DNA from: an uncultured virus (IMG/VR IMGVR_UViG_3300021091_000024)
Taxonomy: Duplodnaviria; Heunggongvirae; Uroviricota; Caudoviricetes
IMG/VR virus record: IMGVR_UViG_3300021091_000024
Strand: one strand, 5' to 3'
Length of the DNA stretch: 55,045 nucleotides
Positions within the stretch are counted from its first letter, which is position 1; every line of letters begins with the position of its first letter. The position numbers and the translations under genes were made by a program. Below the pieces are notes generated by a model. That model was not told the DNA's origin and ran no database searches. It saw nothing but the letters and a program-made list of their open reading frames with translations. Below are positions 37,699-47,617 of the stretch, in pieces.

Positions 37699-39624
37699 CT
37701 ACTTAATTGGGCATGCCCCTGTAGCACAGTTCTCTGCATCGATATCTTCGCCGACTTTAGAAACGTAAAGCGGTACGGAGAAGTCGACTTTAGCAAGCAT
37801 CTTTTCGTATGAATCTTTTGTTATTTCCTCATATGGAGCAAGAGCAAAATTGTGCTCTGAATGGAGAAGGAAAGAAACAGATTTAACGGAAGAGTCGTAG
37901 TTCTTCTCAAGCCATTCTTTTATGTCCGTTAGCTCCTCTTTTCGGTAGTAAACAGTCACAGAAACGGCGTTATCTGCCCACACGGTCTGCATCATCTTAA
38001 CCCACTCAAGTTGTTCAATTGCTGTCATTTCTGCTGCGAGCACCGCGTTCGCTGGAGACTCACACGGGAATTCGACGACGTACCTTGTGTGGTCTTCGCG
38101 GCCGTCAATACCAATATCCCACTGAACCCTGTATCCACGCTTGCGGCAAGCCTCAACCAGGGGGTCAGCCGAACCAAATCGAACTCTTCTTATGTAATAC
38201 CTAGCGTAGGCTGGGTGCACCCCTGGAGTTATGCCCGGCAAGAGCGAAAGAGTTCCGGACGGCTGAACAGTAGTAAGCCTTACAGACTTGGGGAAATTAT
38301 TTTCTTTTGAGTAATTCTCATCAAATTCGCGAAGGTTTCTATAAACGGAATCTAGCCATGAAGTCTGTTCTTCTGATGCCTGAAGAATGCCAGTTACTGA
38401 CTGCCCCAGTCGTGCGTTCTGCTTAACAATATTGGTTGTCTTCTCATACGGGTAGTTCATTCGTGTTATCTGCTTCTGGACCTTATACAGCAGAATGCTT
38501 ATTTCCTGAAACTGCTCAATCGAATCTATATTCGGCAAGAAAATTGTTGCAAGGTTGCAAGATTCACCATCGGCAAGACCTATTTCTGCGCAAGGGTTGA
38601 ACCCGTCTACTGTGTTGTCTTGCCTCTTTTCACCTAGACGTCCATATGTACGCGCAAGGCGACGATTTAGCAGACCGTATGGTTCCCCCGAGCCATCATA
38701 CCCCTTCCATAGTTCAGGCATTATTTCATCAAAATGGTCTGCATAAATACTGTTATTGGAATTAGCCCTCCATGCGGGGACGTTCCCTGATGACCAATTC
38801 TTTGCACGAAGGAAAAGAACGTCATCGGGGTCACCCATCGCTATTTGCGCTGACCGCCTTGACGAGCCGGAAACAACAATGCGACCAATAATGTTGCAAA
38901 TATCCAAAACATCAACAGACCTCAATTTCTTGCCAATACGATTATCTAGAACTTTACAGATGTCAGTAATTCCTTCAATCAACGCACCAGGACCGGAAGC
39001 TGTGCCCCCGAATGTTTTTAGCGGAGCACCAAACTCTCTAATTAATAGCGTGGAATACGTGAAAGACCGTCCAGTATCAAAGTAAGACTTTAAAACACTA
39101 TGTAGGAGTCGGCGCCACCCGGTTCGACTATCTGGAACAATAATATCTGCATCATTCGTGCGCTCATGCGCAATCACAACGCCAGCCTTGACTTTAGGGA
39201 GCTCGTGAATTTTCGAGCGCTCTACCGAAAACCCAACCCCGCCACCGAGCATGAGATAATCGAAAAGCATTTCGAAGTCCTCAATTTTTTCTATGTTTGT
39301 GAAGTAGCAGTTATTCAGCGATGTTGCATTGAATTTGTTAACGAGAGGCGTACCAAGCTGCCATAGCGAACGGCCGGAAAATGAGCACCGGAGATTAAAG
39401 CAATGGTCAAACAGCTTCTCTGCTTCTTTCTCTGATAATGGGACTCCAATTTCAAGAGCGCCATTTATCACACGCTCAAGCGTTTCAGTCCATGTTTCAT
39501 TATTTCCATTATCGTTCCGTCTGCTATATGTGCGAAGAAAAACTATTTCCCCCAAGCCGTTAAAGCCCCACGGGGGTGTTTTTAGGGAATATGAATCTAC
39601 AAAATCTCTTCCTAGCTGCATCAT
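37699..39624 (-). CDS. nrdJ: class II (adenosylcobalamin-dependent) ribonucleotide reductase
   Basis: VFLRTYSR, SLNNCYF, LMLGGGVGFS, GGTASGPGAL, RRSAQIA, NPCAEI..ESCNL, TTVQPSGTLSLL, C-terminal CATGACPIK. Confidence 0.92.
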   Translation of the reverse strand: MMQLGRDFVDSYSLKTPPWGFNGLGEIVFLRTYSRRNDNGNNETWTETLERVINGALEIGVPLSEKEAEKLFDHCFNLRCSFSGRSLWQLGTPLVNKFNATSLNNCYFTNIEKIEDFEMLFDYLMLGGGVGFSVERSKIHELPKVKAGVVIAHERTNDADIIVPDSRTGWRRLLHSVLKSYFDTGRSFTYSTLLIREFGAPLKTFGGTASGPGALIEGITDICKVLDNRIGKKLRSVDVLDICNIIGRIVVSGSSRRSAQIAMGDPDDVLFLRAKNWSSGNVPAWRANSNNSIYADHFDEIMPELWKGYDGSGEPYGLLNRRLARTYGRLGEKRQDNTVDGFNPCAEIGLADGESCNLATIFLPNIDSIEQFQEISILLYKVQKQITRMNYPYEKTTNIVKQNARLGQSVTGILQASEEQTSWLDSVYRNLREFDENYSKENNFPKSVRLTTVQPSGTLSLLPGITPGVHPAYARYYIRRVRFGSADPLVEACRKRGYRVQWDIGIDGREDHTRYVVEFPCESPANAVLAAEMTAIEQLEWVKMMQTVWADNAVSVTVYYRKEELTDIKEWLEKNYDSSVKSVSFLLHSEHNFALAPYEEITKDSYEKMLAKVDFSVPLYVSKVGEDIDAENCATGACPIK

Positions 39625-39725
39625 TTCTTCCTTTGGAGACCGTGGGTGGCTTTAGAGATACGATTGTATCTCATTGGAAAATACTGAAACCGTCCAGTGT
39701 CCCCGGAAGTTTGACCGTTCAGTTT

Positions 39726-40064
39726 TTATAGAGATTTTGGATTCTTGACTATTCCAAGACGAAGTGCTTCAGAAAAGGGAACATACTTTCCCTTGCTGTG
39801 GATAAGAACATCTGCCTTAACGTATGGATTTATATGTCGCTCTTCATAAATGTCCTCTTCTACGAGAATCATCTGCGACTCCATTAATGTTTCGCTTATT
39901 CCTAGACCAAATATAATTTTCGGTGCAGACTCTTCTGAGCCGGGACAGTCCCCTGTTGGGTGTCCGCAAATCGGACATGGCCCTCTATCTCCGCTCAGGA
40001 TTGTTGTGTCGGGGAATACCCTCCTGTTCCCCCCATCATTCGGCGTGTTATAAAAGGAATTCAT
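39726..40064 (-). CDS. hypothetical protein (CPICGHPTGDC motif)
   Basis: 112-aa ORF co-oriented with nrdJ. Confidence 0.65.
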   Translation of the reverse strand: MNSFYNTPNDGGNRRVFPDTTILSGDRGPCPICGHPTGDCPGSEESAPKIIFGLGISETLMESQMILVEEDIYEERHINPYVKADVLIHSKGKYVPFSEALRLGIVKNPKSL

Positions 40065-40081
40065 TGGATAATTATACAGTA

Positions 40082-40717
40082 TTACATTTCCTGTACGAAA
40101 AATCCGTTCCTGACCATCGCCATCATCAACTCGTCGAAGGCCTCGGGTGGTAACTCTTCAGAATTTATATCCTGAGAAATGGCCATGCCAAGCATCTTGG
40201 GATATGTGTATTCTCTCATAACTTTTTCCCCGCCGCCAGGGTGAATAAGCATGTCGAGCCATGTAATTTTCCTTCCCTCGCCATAGACGTACGGAACTGC
40301 AACAACATCGACACGAGGCTCGCCATCTATGAGAGATGCGTGAGATATTGTCACACACTCATGAACTCCAGAAATACTGTCATCTGCAAATATTTTAGCT
40401 AGGTCTAATTCATGAGTTTTTTCTTTATCGAATGAGCAAAACCCCTCCGCGACCATTGTTATGTCCGTTGCGCCCCAGAATTTACGGAGCGCCACGCACA
40501 GGGAGCCGCATTGAGCCAGTCTGTCAGCCGGGGGCATTCTCATGTATTCCCTCTGAAGTTGAGCCACGATAGACAGACGACCGTCCGCCCAGCCAAAAAA
40601 ATTGAAATTTAGGTCTTCGCCGAGCCCGTATTCCGTTACGGACAGGGCTTTTGCTAGTTGGGCAGACGTTACGGACAGCGCTATTTTACTAAAAATGTTG
40701 TCATAATTTCCGTCCAT
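40082..40717 (-). CDS. hypothetical protein
   Basis: 211-aa ORF co-oriented with nrdJ. Confidence 0.7.
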   Translation of the reverse strand: MDGNYDNIFSKIALSVTSAQLAKALSVTEYGLGEDLNFNFFGWADGRLSIVAQLQREYMRMPPADRLAQCGSLCVALRKFWGATDITMVAEGFCSFDKEKTHELDLAKIFADDSISGVHECVTISHASLIDGEPRVDVVAVPYVYGEGRKITWLDMLIHPGGGEKVMREYTYPKMLGMAISQDINSEELPPEAFDELMMAMVRNGFFVQEM

Positions 40718-40794
40718 TTAAAAAATTCTAGTATATTTTTCCTACATTTCAGGACATCCCCTGGGGCCGCGCTTCTACTACTAATATTGGCGAT

Positions 40795-41196
40795 ATGAGC
40801 AACACTAAGAAAAAAACAGTCAAAAAGACAACGGCCAAAAAAGCACCCGCGAAAAAGCAGGTAGCCAAAAAAGCCGCAGCACCCAAAGCCCCCGTGAAAA
40901 AGCAGGCGGCCAAGAAGGCTGCACCAGCTAAGAAGGCTGCACCGGCTAAGAAAAATAAAAACCTTATTGATTCAATCGAAAACAAAATTGAGGCAGCTAC
41001 GGGCATTGAAATTCCTCAGTCCGTAATTAAAGAAGTTAAAGAAATGCACAACGCTTTGAGCGAGATGGATATGCCAAAGTTTTCGACAACAAAAACCAGC
41101 AACGGCGATGTAAATGTAAGTGTGTCATTTTCTACTCCCCCATCGCTAAAAAAGCTCTCCTGGTTTAAAAGAATATTTGGTCCTAAAAAAAAGTAA
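40795..41196 (+). CDS. histone H1-like (AKKA-rich) DNA-binding protein
   Basis: KKAPAKK/AKKAAPAKK repeats. TAATAT lies 6 nt before the ATG, suggesting a leaderless transcript. Confidence 0.75.
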   Translation: MSNTKKKTVKKTTAKKAPAKKQVAKKAAAPKAPVKKQAAKKAAPAKKAAPAKKNKNLIDSIENKIEAATGIEIPQSVIKEVKEMHNALSEMDMPKFSTTKTSNGDVNVSVSFSTPPSLKKLSWFKRIFGPKKK

Positions 41197-41205
41197 ACTT
41201 CGCCC

Positions 41206-41610
41206 GTGACGACGGAGCACAGGAAAGCCCCAAGGCGGAAAATAGTATCCGTTAAAAGAACGGGCCGATGGGGTCAATATCAGCACGAGCACAGGCTTAG
41301 CTGCGGTCACGTTGAATTACGCCCAAGAAAAGCGTCTACCCCCACCCTCGCGTGCGCATGGTGCTATAGGGCGGCAAGGATGCAAATTGAACTTTCGTCG
41401 CTGGGAAAAAATGAACAGCAGCAACTTGACGAGGGCGATGACCCGACTGTAGAGTCGCGCATCAGTCAGATACGGGCATCAATAGCTGCGAGATTTTCTG
41501 TTCCGCTGGAAGCAGTGGACATAGTTTCGAGCATTGCGACTGGGGAAGTTGTTGTGAGTTATGCAACTGTTTTTCTTTCGCAAAACGACATACGCCGCAT
41601 ATCTGAGTAA
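41206..41610 (+). CDS. hypothetical protein (CGH...CxxC)
   Basis: 134-aa ORF; LSCGH...ACAWC. Confidence 0.65.
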   Translation: MTTEHRKAPRRKIVSVKRTGRWGQYQHEHRLSCGHVELRPRKASTPTLACAWCYRAARMQIELSSLGKNEQQQLDEGDDPTVESRISQIRASIAARFSVPLEAVDIVSSIATGEVVVSYATVFLSQNDIRRISE

Positions 41611-41626
41611 AGCATCTACGGCATGG

Positions 41627-42001
41627 GTGGGAAATTTGGGAGACAAATTCGATGAAGCACCAGAAAATGGGAGATGCAGCGGGGAAGACCCAAACATATG
41701 GTTCCCTGTATTCAGCAGGTCGCCAAGCAAGCGGGAACGCACGGCGGTAAACAAAAGAATAGCGATAGCAAAATCGTTCTGTTCAACCTGCGAGCACTCA
41801 GTCCAGTGTCTCGAATACTCCTTGCGTCACGAACCCCTGGGCATATGGGGGGGAATGACGGAGCTGGAGAGGGCCAAGTTGAGGTCAGCGCGCGGAATCA
41901 ATCTCTCCCGTGAGGGTAGGATATTTTTTCCTGGTGTCGGCATGAGGAATGCCAACGGCACAAGTGCTAGCTACAGGGCAAAGATAGATATCGATGGCTA
42001 G
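41627..42001 (+). CDS. whiB: WhiB-family transcription factor
   Basis: C...DPNIWFP...AKSFCSTCEHSVQCLEYSL...GIWGGMTELER: four Cys plus the G[IV]WGG motif. Probable GTG start at 41627. Confidence 0.92.
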   Translation: MGNLGDKFDEAPENGRCSGEDPNIWFPVFSRSPSKRERTAVNKRIAIAKSFCSTCEHSVQCLEYSLRHEPLGIWGGMTELERAKLRSARGINLSREGRIFFPGVGMRNANGTSASYRAKIDIDG

Positions 42002-43736
42002 CGCTCAATATAAACACACGCAAACGCTCCTCAGCAGACTCGTCGGTGTCAGGTCGACCCCTGCGGGGTGGGAGGCCTCATGCCCCTGCAGGGACGATGA
42101 CAGGAATCCTTCCCTATCCGTGGCGGAGGGTGACGATGGGAAGGTATTGCTCCACTGTCACAGGGGGAACGGGTGCGATGTGGACAAAATATGCTCATCG
42201 ATTGGCCTGACCACATCTGACCTATGGCCACCGAAAGAACCAGAGCCGATTAAAGAAAAAGACAAGCTTACTTTTGTCAAGTCTTACGACTATCTAGGCG
42301 AAGACGGAAACTTACTGTTTCAAAAAGTTAGATATGTAAATCAATATGGGGTAAAAACATTTAGGCAACGAAAGCCGTCAGGAAGAGGAGAGTGGACCTA
42401 TTCCTTGGGCGACACTCCAAAGGTTCTATATAACCTTCCGACGGTATTAAAAGCCGTTAAGGGCGGCGACCCAATCTGGATTGTCGAGGGCGAAAAGGAT
42501 GCAGACACCCTCACCGAGATGGGTGCGACAGCAACAACTGCCCCAGGTGGCGCCGGCAAGTGGCTAGACATACATACAGCAGCTCTTGCTGGTGCAACGA
42601 TTGACATAATTGCAGACAACGACACACCAGGGAAAGAGCATGCCGCACTCGTCTGCTCGGAGTTAGAAAAAGTCGGGTGCGACGTTCAGGTATGGATATG
42701 CCCAGACGTAAAAGACATTACAGAGCATCTTAATTCTGGTAAGGGCATAGATGACTTGGTTTTTTTTGATGTATCTACGGTGGAAAAAACAAATACATCA
42801 ACTGGGCTGGACCAGGGCGAAGGAGCCAGCGATGGTGAGGTCGTATTATCGAAAATATCTACTCTTCTAAACAGGGACGACCTAACTATCGAACAGAAGA
42901 TAGTCAAGGTGTCGAATGCTATTCATTCCTATTCCTCCACAGAATTAACGCTGGACGCTGGCCGCCTTGTTAATTGGGAGGAATTCCTAAAAGAGTCATC
43001 CAGTGATAATTATGACTGGGTAATACCGTGGCTTCTTGAAAAGTCGGAGCGAGTTATCGTTGTCGCAGCAGAGGGCGTTGGCAAAACAATGCTTGCGAGA
43101 CAGGTCGCCATACTCACCGCGACTGGAATGCACCCTTTTACGTATCAAAGAATTAGTCCTGTCCGGACTCTTACCGTGGACCTGGAAAACCCAGAAAAAA
43201 TTATCAGACGAACCTCTCGGTCTATTCAGGCCCAAGCCCTCAGCTATGGATTCGAGAGAAAATCTCTGGCCGAGCTCTTTATTAAGCCATCTGGCATTGA
43301 CCTGTTGAGAGTAAGCGACAGAATGCTTCTTGAGGAGCAGATAGAGAAAACTCAGCCGCAGATACTCGTAATGGGACCTCTTTATAAGTCATTTGTCGAC
43401 CCTGGTGGAAGAACGTCGGAGGCGATAGCAGTTGAGGTGGCCAAGTATCTTGACTACATCAGAACCGTCTATGGGTGCGCATTGTGGCTGGAGCACCATG
43501 CCCCCCTCGGCCAGACTACGTCTACAAGAGACCTTAGGCCATTCGGCTCGGCAGTATGGTCTCGGTGGCCGGAATTTGGAATATCACTCCAGCCAGATTT
43601 CGGTGCTTCAACGCCATACACATATGATGTTCGACATTTCCGTGGTGCCAGAGATGAGCGCCCATGGCCTACTAAAATAAAGAGGGGTAAACGATTCCCG
43701 TTTGAGGTCATCGAATTCTCCGGAAGCTCCACATAG
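41994..43736 (+). CDS. DNA primase-helicase (Zn-finger, TOPRIM, RecA-like AAA_25)
   Basis: CPC..D..PSLSV...LLHCH; IVEGEKDAD, ADNDTPG; AAEGVGKT, VDLENP. Confidence 0.88.
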   Translation: MASAQYKHTQTLLSRLVGVRSTPAGWEASCPCRDDDRNPSLSVAEGDDGKVLLHCHRGNGCDVDKICSSIGLTTSDLWPPKEPEPIKEKDKLTFVKSYDYLGEDGNLLFQKVRYVNQYGVKTFRQRKPSGRGEWTYSLGDTPKVLYNLPTVLKAVKGGDPIWIVEGEKDADTLTEMGATATTAPGGAGKWLDIHTAALAGATIDIIADNDTPGKEHAALVCSELEKVGCDVQVWICPDVKDITEHLNSGKGIDDLVFFDVSTVEKTNTSTGLDQGEGASDGEVVLSKISTLLNRDDLTIEQKIVKVSNAIHSYSSTELTLDAGRLVNWEEFLKESSSDNYDWVIPWLLEKSERVIVVAAEGVGKTMLARQVAILTATGMHPFTYQRISPVRTLTVDLENPEKIIRRTSRSIQAQALSYGFERKSLAELFIKPSGIDLLRVSDRMLLEEQIEKTQPQILVMGPLYKSFVDPGGRTSEAIAVEVAKYLDYIRTVYGCALWLEHHAPLGQTTSTRDLRPFGSAVWSRWPEFGISLQPDFGASTPYTYDVRHFRGARDERPWPTKIKRGKRFPFEVIEFSGSST

Positions 43737-43744
43737 TAGGAATA

Positions 43745-44389
43745 ATGACAAACGACAAAAACAAGCCCATATCTCGAGAATTCCTCAGTGAAAGAGATGC
43801 TCGCATATTTAAGATGCGGCAGGCCGGAACATCGACTTCAGAAATAGCGAGACGGTTCGGGGTGACAACTAGGGCAGTCTCTAAGGCCATTCAGCGCCAG
43901 CTAGAGAAGATGAATCAAGAAACGATGATGGCATACCCAGAGGTCCTCAGAATGGAGCTAGAGCGCTTAGACAGCCTCCAGCAGGCAATATGGCCGATGA
44001 CTCAGCATCGTAAGGTCAAAATGGACGACGGCTCAGAGGTGCCCGTTGAGCCGGATATGAAAGCGATTCAACAAGTTCTTTCTATTATGGATAGAAGAAC
44101 GAAATTGCTCGGTATGGACCACGTAAATCTAAACGTGCAGATGGATATGAACCAAATAAATTCCGACCCAATTAAGGTCACTCTTGCCGGTGCCCTGGGA
44201 AATCAGGAAAGCGAAAAATTTGACCCCGAATCGGAGGCCAAAAAACTGCTCGAACTTATGGGCGCTTCAGGGATACTCCCACCGGCTATGGTTAAGAAAC
44301 TGCTTGATGGCGATAGCGATGTAATAGACGCAGACATCGTCGAAGACGAAATGGTCGCTGAGGGAGAATTAATAACTGAGGATGAGTGA
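43745..44389 (+). CDS. HTH protein, probable terminase small subunit
   Basis: N-terminal HTH (MRQAGTSTSEIARRFGVT), then ELERLDSLQQAIWP...KAIQQVLSIMDRRTKLLGMD, a pattern typical of actinophage TerS-like proteins. Confidence 0.6.
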   Translation: MTNDKNKPISREFLSERDARIFKMRQAGTSTSEIARRFGVTTRAVSKAIQRQLEKMNQETMMAYPEVLRMELERLDSLQQAIWPMTQHRKVKMDDGSEVPVEPDMKAIQQVLSIMDRRTKLLGMDHVNLNVQMDMNQINSDPIKVTLAGALGNQESEKFDPESEAKKLLELMGASGILPPAMVKKLLDGDSDVIDADIVEDEMVAEGELITEDE

Positions 44390-44720
44390 GAAAAACTCTA
44401 TGAGAAAAGCTATGGACAAGGTAGTTGGCGAAATGCCCAATCTATCCGTTGCACCAATGACCAAAGACGACGATGGGCCAGTAGACAAGCAGGTTCTAAT
44501 CCGCGTAAACGAAAAAGACCGAGCGAAATGGAAAAAAGCAGCCGAAGTAAGCGGAGTGAATTTATCAACCTGGATTAGGCACGTTCTGAACGCAGCGGCC
44601 ACCGATTTGCTTGAGTGCGGACACCCCATTAATCGACGGAAATACTATCCATGGGCGGAGTTCTGCCTAGATTGTGGTATGCGTCTTTCCGAAAAGCGAC
44701 CTTCCGCTAGCAAACTATAA
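44382..44720 (+). CDS. ribbon-helix-helix-like protein with C-terminal Cys motif
   Basis: QVLIRVNEKDRAKWKKAAEVSGVNLSTWIRHVLN; CGH...CLDCG. Confidence 0.6.
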   Translation: MSEKNSMRKAMDKVVGEMPNLSVAPMTKDDDGPVDKQVLIRVNEKDRAKWKKAAEVSGVNLSTWIRHVLNAAATDLLECGHPINRRKYYPWAEFCLDCGMRLSEKRPSASKL

Positions 44721-44742
44721 TTAAAAGTACAATGCATTCGTT

Positions 44743-45816
44743 ATGGAAAAAAACAATTCCGGCCAACCACGTCGCCGCAGCATAGTCTCCGTTGACCCGG
44801 AAGCCCCTCGAAGAAAAATAACCGGCAAAAGAATGCCGAATATCAATATTGAGAGAAAATCAATAGAACCATCTCTTATAAAAGCCTTAGATTCGGCCGA
44901 GAGGACAGTCGCGCCGATAACTAGGCCGCCCCTCGCCGATGGACGGTCAATGTATTTTGGAATGACACCATCAGAGATATCAAAGATGTGTGTTCCTATG
45001 TCAAGAGACGAGCAATTTACCTCTCTGGTAAAGATGAATTCGCTCGATAAATCAAATAAAGAAATAATTGAACCGTTTAGAAAAAGATTCGATAAATGGG
45101 CAGAAAATAAGTCTAACGCCGTTGATTTTTCCACTGGCCCCCTATCGCAGCTGCGCACCGCAGTCGAAAGGGCACTACTGGAATCAAGCGAGTTTCTAAA
45201 TGCCGTGCACAAATATGGCATGCCATCACTCGTTATTCGTTCTGAATCTGCAGAGAAAAGTTTGATGGAAACAGGATTTATCAAAGAACATCTTGATGCA
45301 GCAGAAAAATCAGACCAGAGCATTGATTTCGTTCATTCAGTATTTGACCCGTTTGGCAATGAAATAAGTTTTTCCCCCAAATCTCTAATACCGAGGGAGG
45401 CACTCGACGGCTCCCCAGAAAGCGGAGACATACAAATAGATTCGTCATTCTCTGGACACCTGCGTCATGAGTGGGGCCACTATTTGCACATAGCGGTCCT
45501 CAATGACTCTGAAAGGTCTGTTGGCATAGGGTCGCTCAAGAACAGGGAAAGTTCTCGACTGCTTGAAATAGCGGAAAAATATTGCTCGAATCAACCGCTA
45601 TCTAAATACAGGGCAATACCGTTCGGGGATACGCCGGATACGCCGAGAGCCATATCGCAGCTTTCTCACGAAAGTCTTCTGGAAATGTTTGCGGAGGGCA
45701 TATCCGCCTACTTGCATCCAGACGCAGAAGTAGGGCGGAAATCAATCAACTCTGTTTTGCGTAAAGACATAGAAACTATTCTGGGAGTCGTCCCGGATGA
45801 GCCTGAAATTCAATAA
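44743..45816 (+). CDS. zincin-like metallopeptidase
   Basis: LRHEWGHYLH followed by ISQLSHESLLEMFAEG (third-ligand E..AE pattern). Confidence 0.7.
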   Translation: MEKNNSGQPRRRSIVSVDPEAPRRKITGKRMPNINIERKSIEPSLIKALDSAERTVAPITRPPLADGRSMYFGMTPSEISKMCVPMSRDEQFTSLVKMNSLDKSNKEIIEPFRKRFDKWAENKSNAVDFSTGPLSQLRTAVERALLESSEFLNAVHKYGMPSLVIRSESAEKSLMETGFIKEHLDAAEKSDQSIDFVHSVFDPFGNEISFSPKSLIPREALDGSPESGDIQIDSSFSGHLRHEWGHYLHIAVLNDSERSVGIGSLKNRESSRLLEIAEKYCSNQPLSKYRAIPFGDTPDTPRAISQLSHESLLEMFAEGISAYLHPDAEVGRKSINSVLRKDIETILGVVPDEPEIQ

Positions 45817-45995
45817 TGACCATGCCACGCTTTGAGGATAGTGACGACCTCTACGATGAATACCAGCGCTATGCACAGGGGGCTCATGGTGAGCCGGAAG
45901 ATTACGACACGTGGCTTGAATCGGAATACGGCAGAACCAAGCGTAAACGCCCTAAAAAGCAAAAGCCCATAAGGTTTGATAGGGACGGTGACTAA
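45816..45995 (+). CDS. small hypothetical protein
   Basis: Manual translation MTMPRFEDSDDLYDEY...KPIRFDRDGD (59 aa), TAATG-coupled to the zincin gene. Confidence 0.55.
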   Translation: MTMPRFEDSDDLYDEYQRYAQGAHGEPEDYDTWLESEYGRTKRKRPKKQKPIRFDRDGD

Positions 45996-45998
45996 ACT

Positions 45999-46187
45999 AT
46001 GTCAACAATTTTCGGCTCAACCAAGGAGCCAAACTCAACCGCCCTGATTCGAATACTGAACTCTCAAATGCTCAGACAAAACGACTCGCTGATGGACGCG
46101 ATAGCCATCGACGAGAGCGAATCCAAGAGTAAGCTTCCATCTCGAGAAGAGCGACTTAAGATGTCCCTAACAGAGACAAAAGAGTAG
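45999..46187 (+). CDS. hypothetical protein
   Basis: 62-aa ORF continuing the operon. Confidence 0.5.
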   Translation: MSTIFGSTKEPNSTALIRILNSQMLRQNDSLMDAIAIDESESKSKLPSREERLKMSLTETKE

Positions 46188-46197
46188 GAACTAAGTT

Positions 46198-46407
46198 CTA
46201 CTTTTCTGCCTTCATTAGTTCCTTGAGTTCGGCCGCAAGAATATTCTCGTAGTCCTCTGGGTAACGATGCTGCAAAACGATGAGGGCACGGCGACGAGCC
46301 TCCTGTCGGATGGTCATGAGACGCTTCCGTTCGGCCCTTTCGCCTTCGGACAGCCTCGGCCGACCCCTGTGAAGCCCCTTGTTCTTGAGCTTGCTGTACT
46401 CGGACAT
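46198..46407 (-). CDS. small basic protein with GRPR (AT-hook-like) motif
   Basis: Strong RBS ggagga upstream; HRGRPRLS. Confidence 0.65.
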   Translation of the reverse strand: MSEYSKLKNKGLHRGRPRLSEGERAERKRLMTIRQEARRRALIVLQHRYPEDYENILAAELKELMKAEK

Positions 46408-46507
46408 TGAAATTCCTCCGTTTTATGTAGGTGGTAAGAATATATGCCATCTAAATACCCGATGCAACCCCCAACCGAGATTTTTTTTCTACTAATATCT
46501 CGCTACT

Positions 46508-46693
46508 ATGACTGAACTAGACAAATACCTAACAGAATTATCTGAAATGTATGTTTATGACCAATTCTTTAGAGTTTCTATCTCAAGTGTTATAGATAGG
46601 CTTTTGGAGATAAGAAACAGCCTAGAACAGAATGCGGTTGTAATGGACGGGGACGAAATGGTGAAGCATTTTAACCGAAAGGGCCCCAAATGA
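46508..46693 (+). CDS. hypothetical protein
   Basis: 61-aa ORF with TAATAT just upstream. Confidence 0.55.
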   Translation: MTELDKYLTELSEMYVYDQFFRVSISSVIDRLLEIRNSLEQNAVVMDGDEMVKHFNRKGPK

Positions 46694-46920
46694 CAGAGTT
46701 GCAGTGGTCCTGGCTGCTCGCCGGGATGGGCGTTATGGGGATGTACTTCGTTGGGAAAAAGAGGTGGGAGGCATTTCTCTGGCTAATCGTTATGGAGTGC
46801 CTCTGGGTAGTCTTTGCCATACAAACCCGGACATATGGGTTTATATTGGGGTCAATTGCCTATATTCTCGTTTACCTGAGAAACGTCAAACACTGGAGGA
46901 GCGGTGGAACAGGTCGCTAA
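46690..46920 (+). CDS. small membrane protein (PnuC-like fragment)
   Basis: WSWLLAGMGVMGMYFVGKKRWEAFLW...LWVVFAI...YGFI; three hydrophobic segments. Confidence 0.6.
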   Translation: MTELQWSWLLAGMGVMGMYFVGKKRWEAFLWLIVMECLWVVFAIQTRTYGFILGSIAYILVYLRNVKHWRSGGTGR

Positions 46921-47128
46921 TGTCTGGATTATATTTTTTCTCGCTGTTTTTTACCTGTTGATGAAGTCTTCGTCTGGCGATAGCTGGAAAGACTAGCGAC
47001 CCTACGGTGGGCTCTTCTTTTCCTATCGCTACTGAGGTGGGCGTAAGTTTCGTTTAGTAAAAATTCCATTGGACAATGGTATTGAGAAGTGATAAACCAC
47101 AGTGTAAGTTTCGTGTGACATGGCACAC

Positions 47129-47208
47129 GGGCTTGTGGCGGAACTGGCAGACGCGCAGGATTTAGGTTCCTGTTCTACGGAGTGAGGGTTCGACTCCCTC
47201 CAGGCCCA
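47129..47208 (+). tRNA. tRNA-Leu(UAG)
   Basis: Acceptor GGGCTTG/CAGGCCC, anticodon arm CAGGA-TTTAGGT-TCCTG, long variable region, GGTTCGACT T-loop. Confidence 0.9.
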
Positions 47209-47227
47209 CCGAACAATCAGAGGAACA

Positions 47228-47425
47228 ATGAGCGACAATTTCAAAGAAGAGACCTTCATCACGGAAGATGTGGAATGGCTTTCTGCAAGCCTTTACTTCT
47301 CAAAAAAAATAAAATCCCTTGAAGAGAGAATTAAAAGTCTTGAGTCGTCTCTTATGAATGCGAAAGATAGGGCCATAACGGCTGAAGAAATGATAAGAAA
47401 GATAGAGAGGGCCCTAAGTGAGTGA
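47228..47425 (+). CDS. small coiled-coil protein
   Basis: RBS gagga; IKSLEERIKSLE. Confidence 0.6.
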   Translation: MSDNFKEETFITEDVEWLSASLYFSKKIKSLEERIKSLESSLMNAKDRAITAEEMIRKIERALSE

Positions 47426-47612
47426 ATACAGTATGGACGAGCTCGGAGAAGACCTTCGACTCTTAATTAAGGCCGGTCTTGTCGATATTTCGATTAAGGA
47501 AAATGGCGATTGGGTGTACAGAGCCGTCGATGGGGTTTCCGATATTTCTACCGAACAAATTCTTGCGGCCATCAATGCAGTAATAGAAGAAGAAGAATCA
47601 GAAGGTGTTTAA
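47418..47612 (+). CDS. hypothetical protein
   Basis: 64-aa ORF overlapping the upstream stop. Confidence 0.55.
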   Translation: MSEYSMDELGEDLRLLIKAGLVDISIKENGDWVYRAVDGVSDISTEQILAAINAVIEEEESEGV

Positions 47613-47617
47613 TACGC

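Noticed and set aside
39625..39725. Cobalamin riboswitch or NrdR box upstream of the class II RNR
   Set aside because: The intergenic region is only ~100 nt and I saw no B12-box or NrdR palindrome, only a plausible TACAAT -10.
46064..46450. 128-aa minus-strand ORF
   Set aside because: It overlaps a better-supported 69-aa ORF with a strong RBS in another frame.
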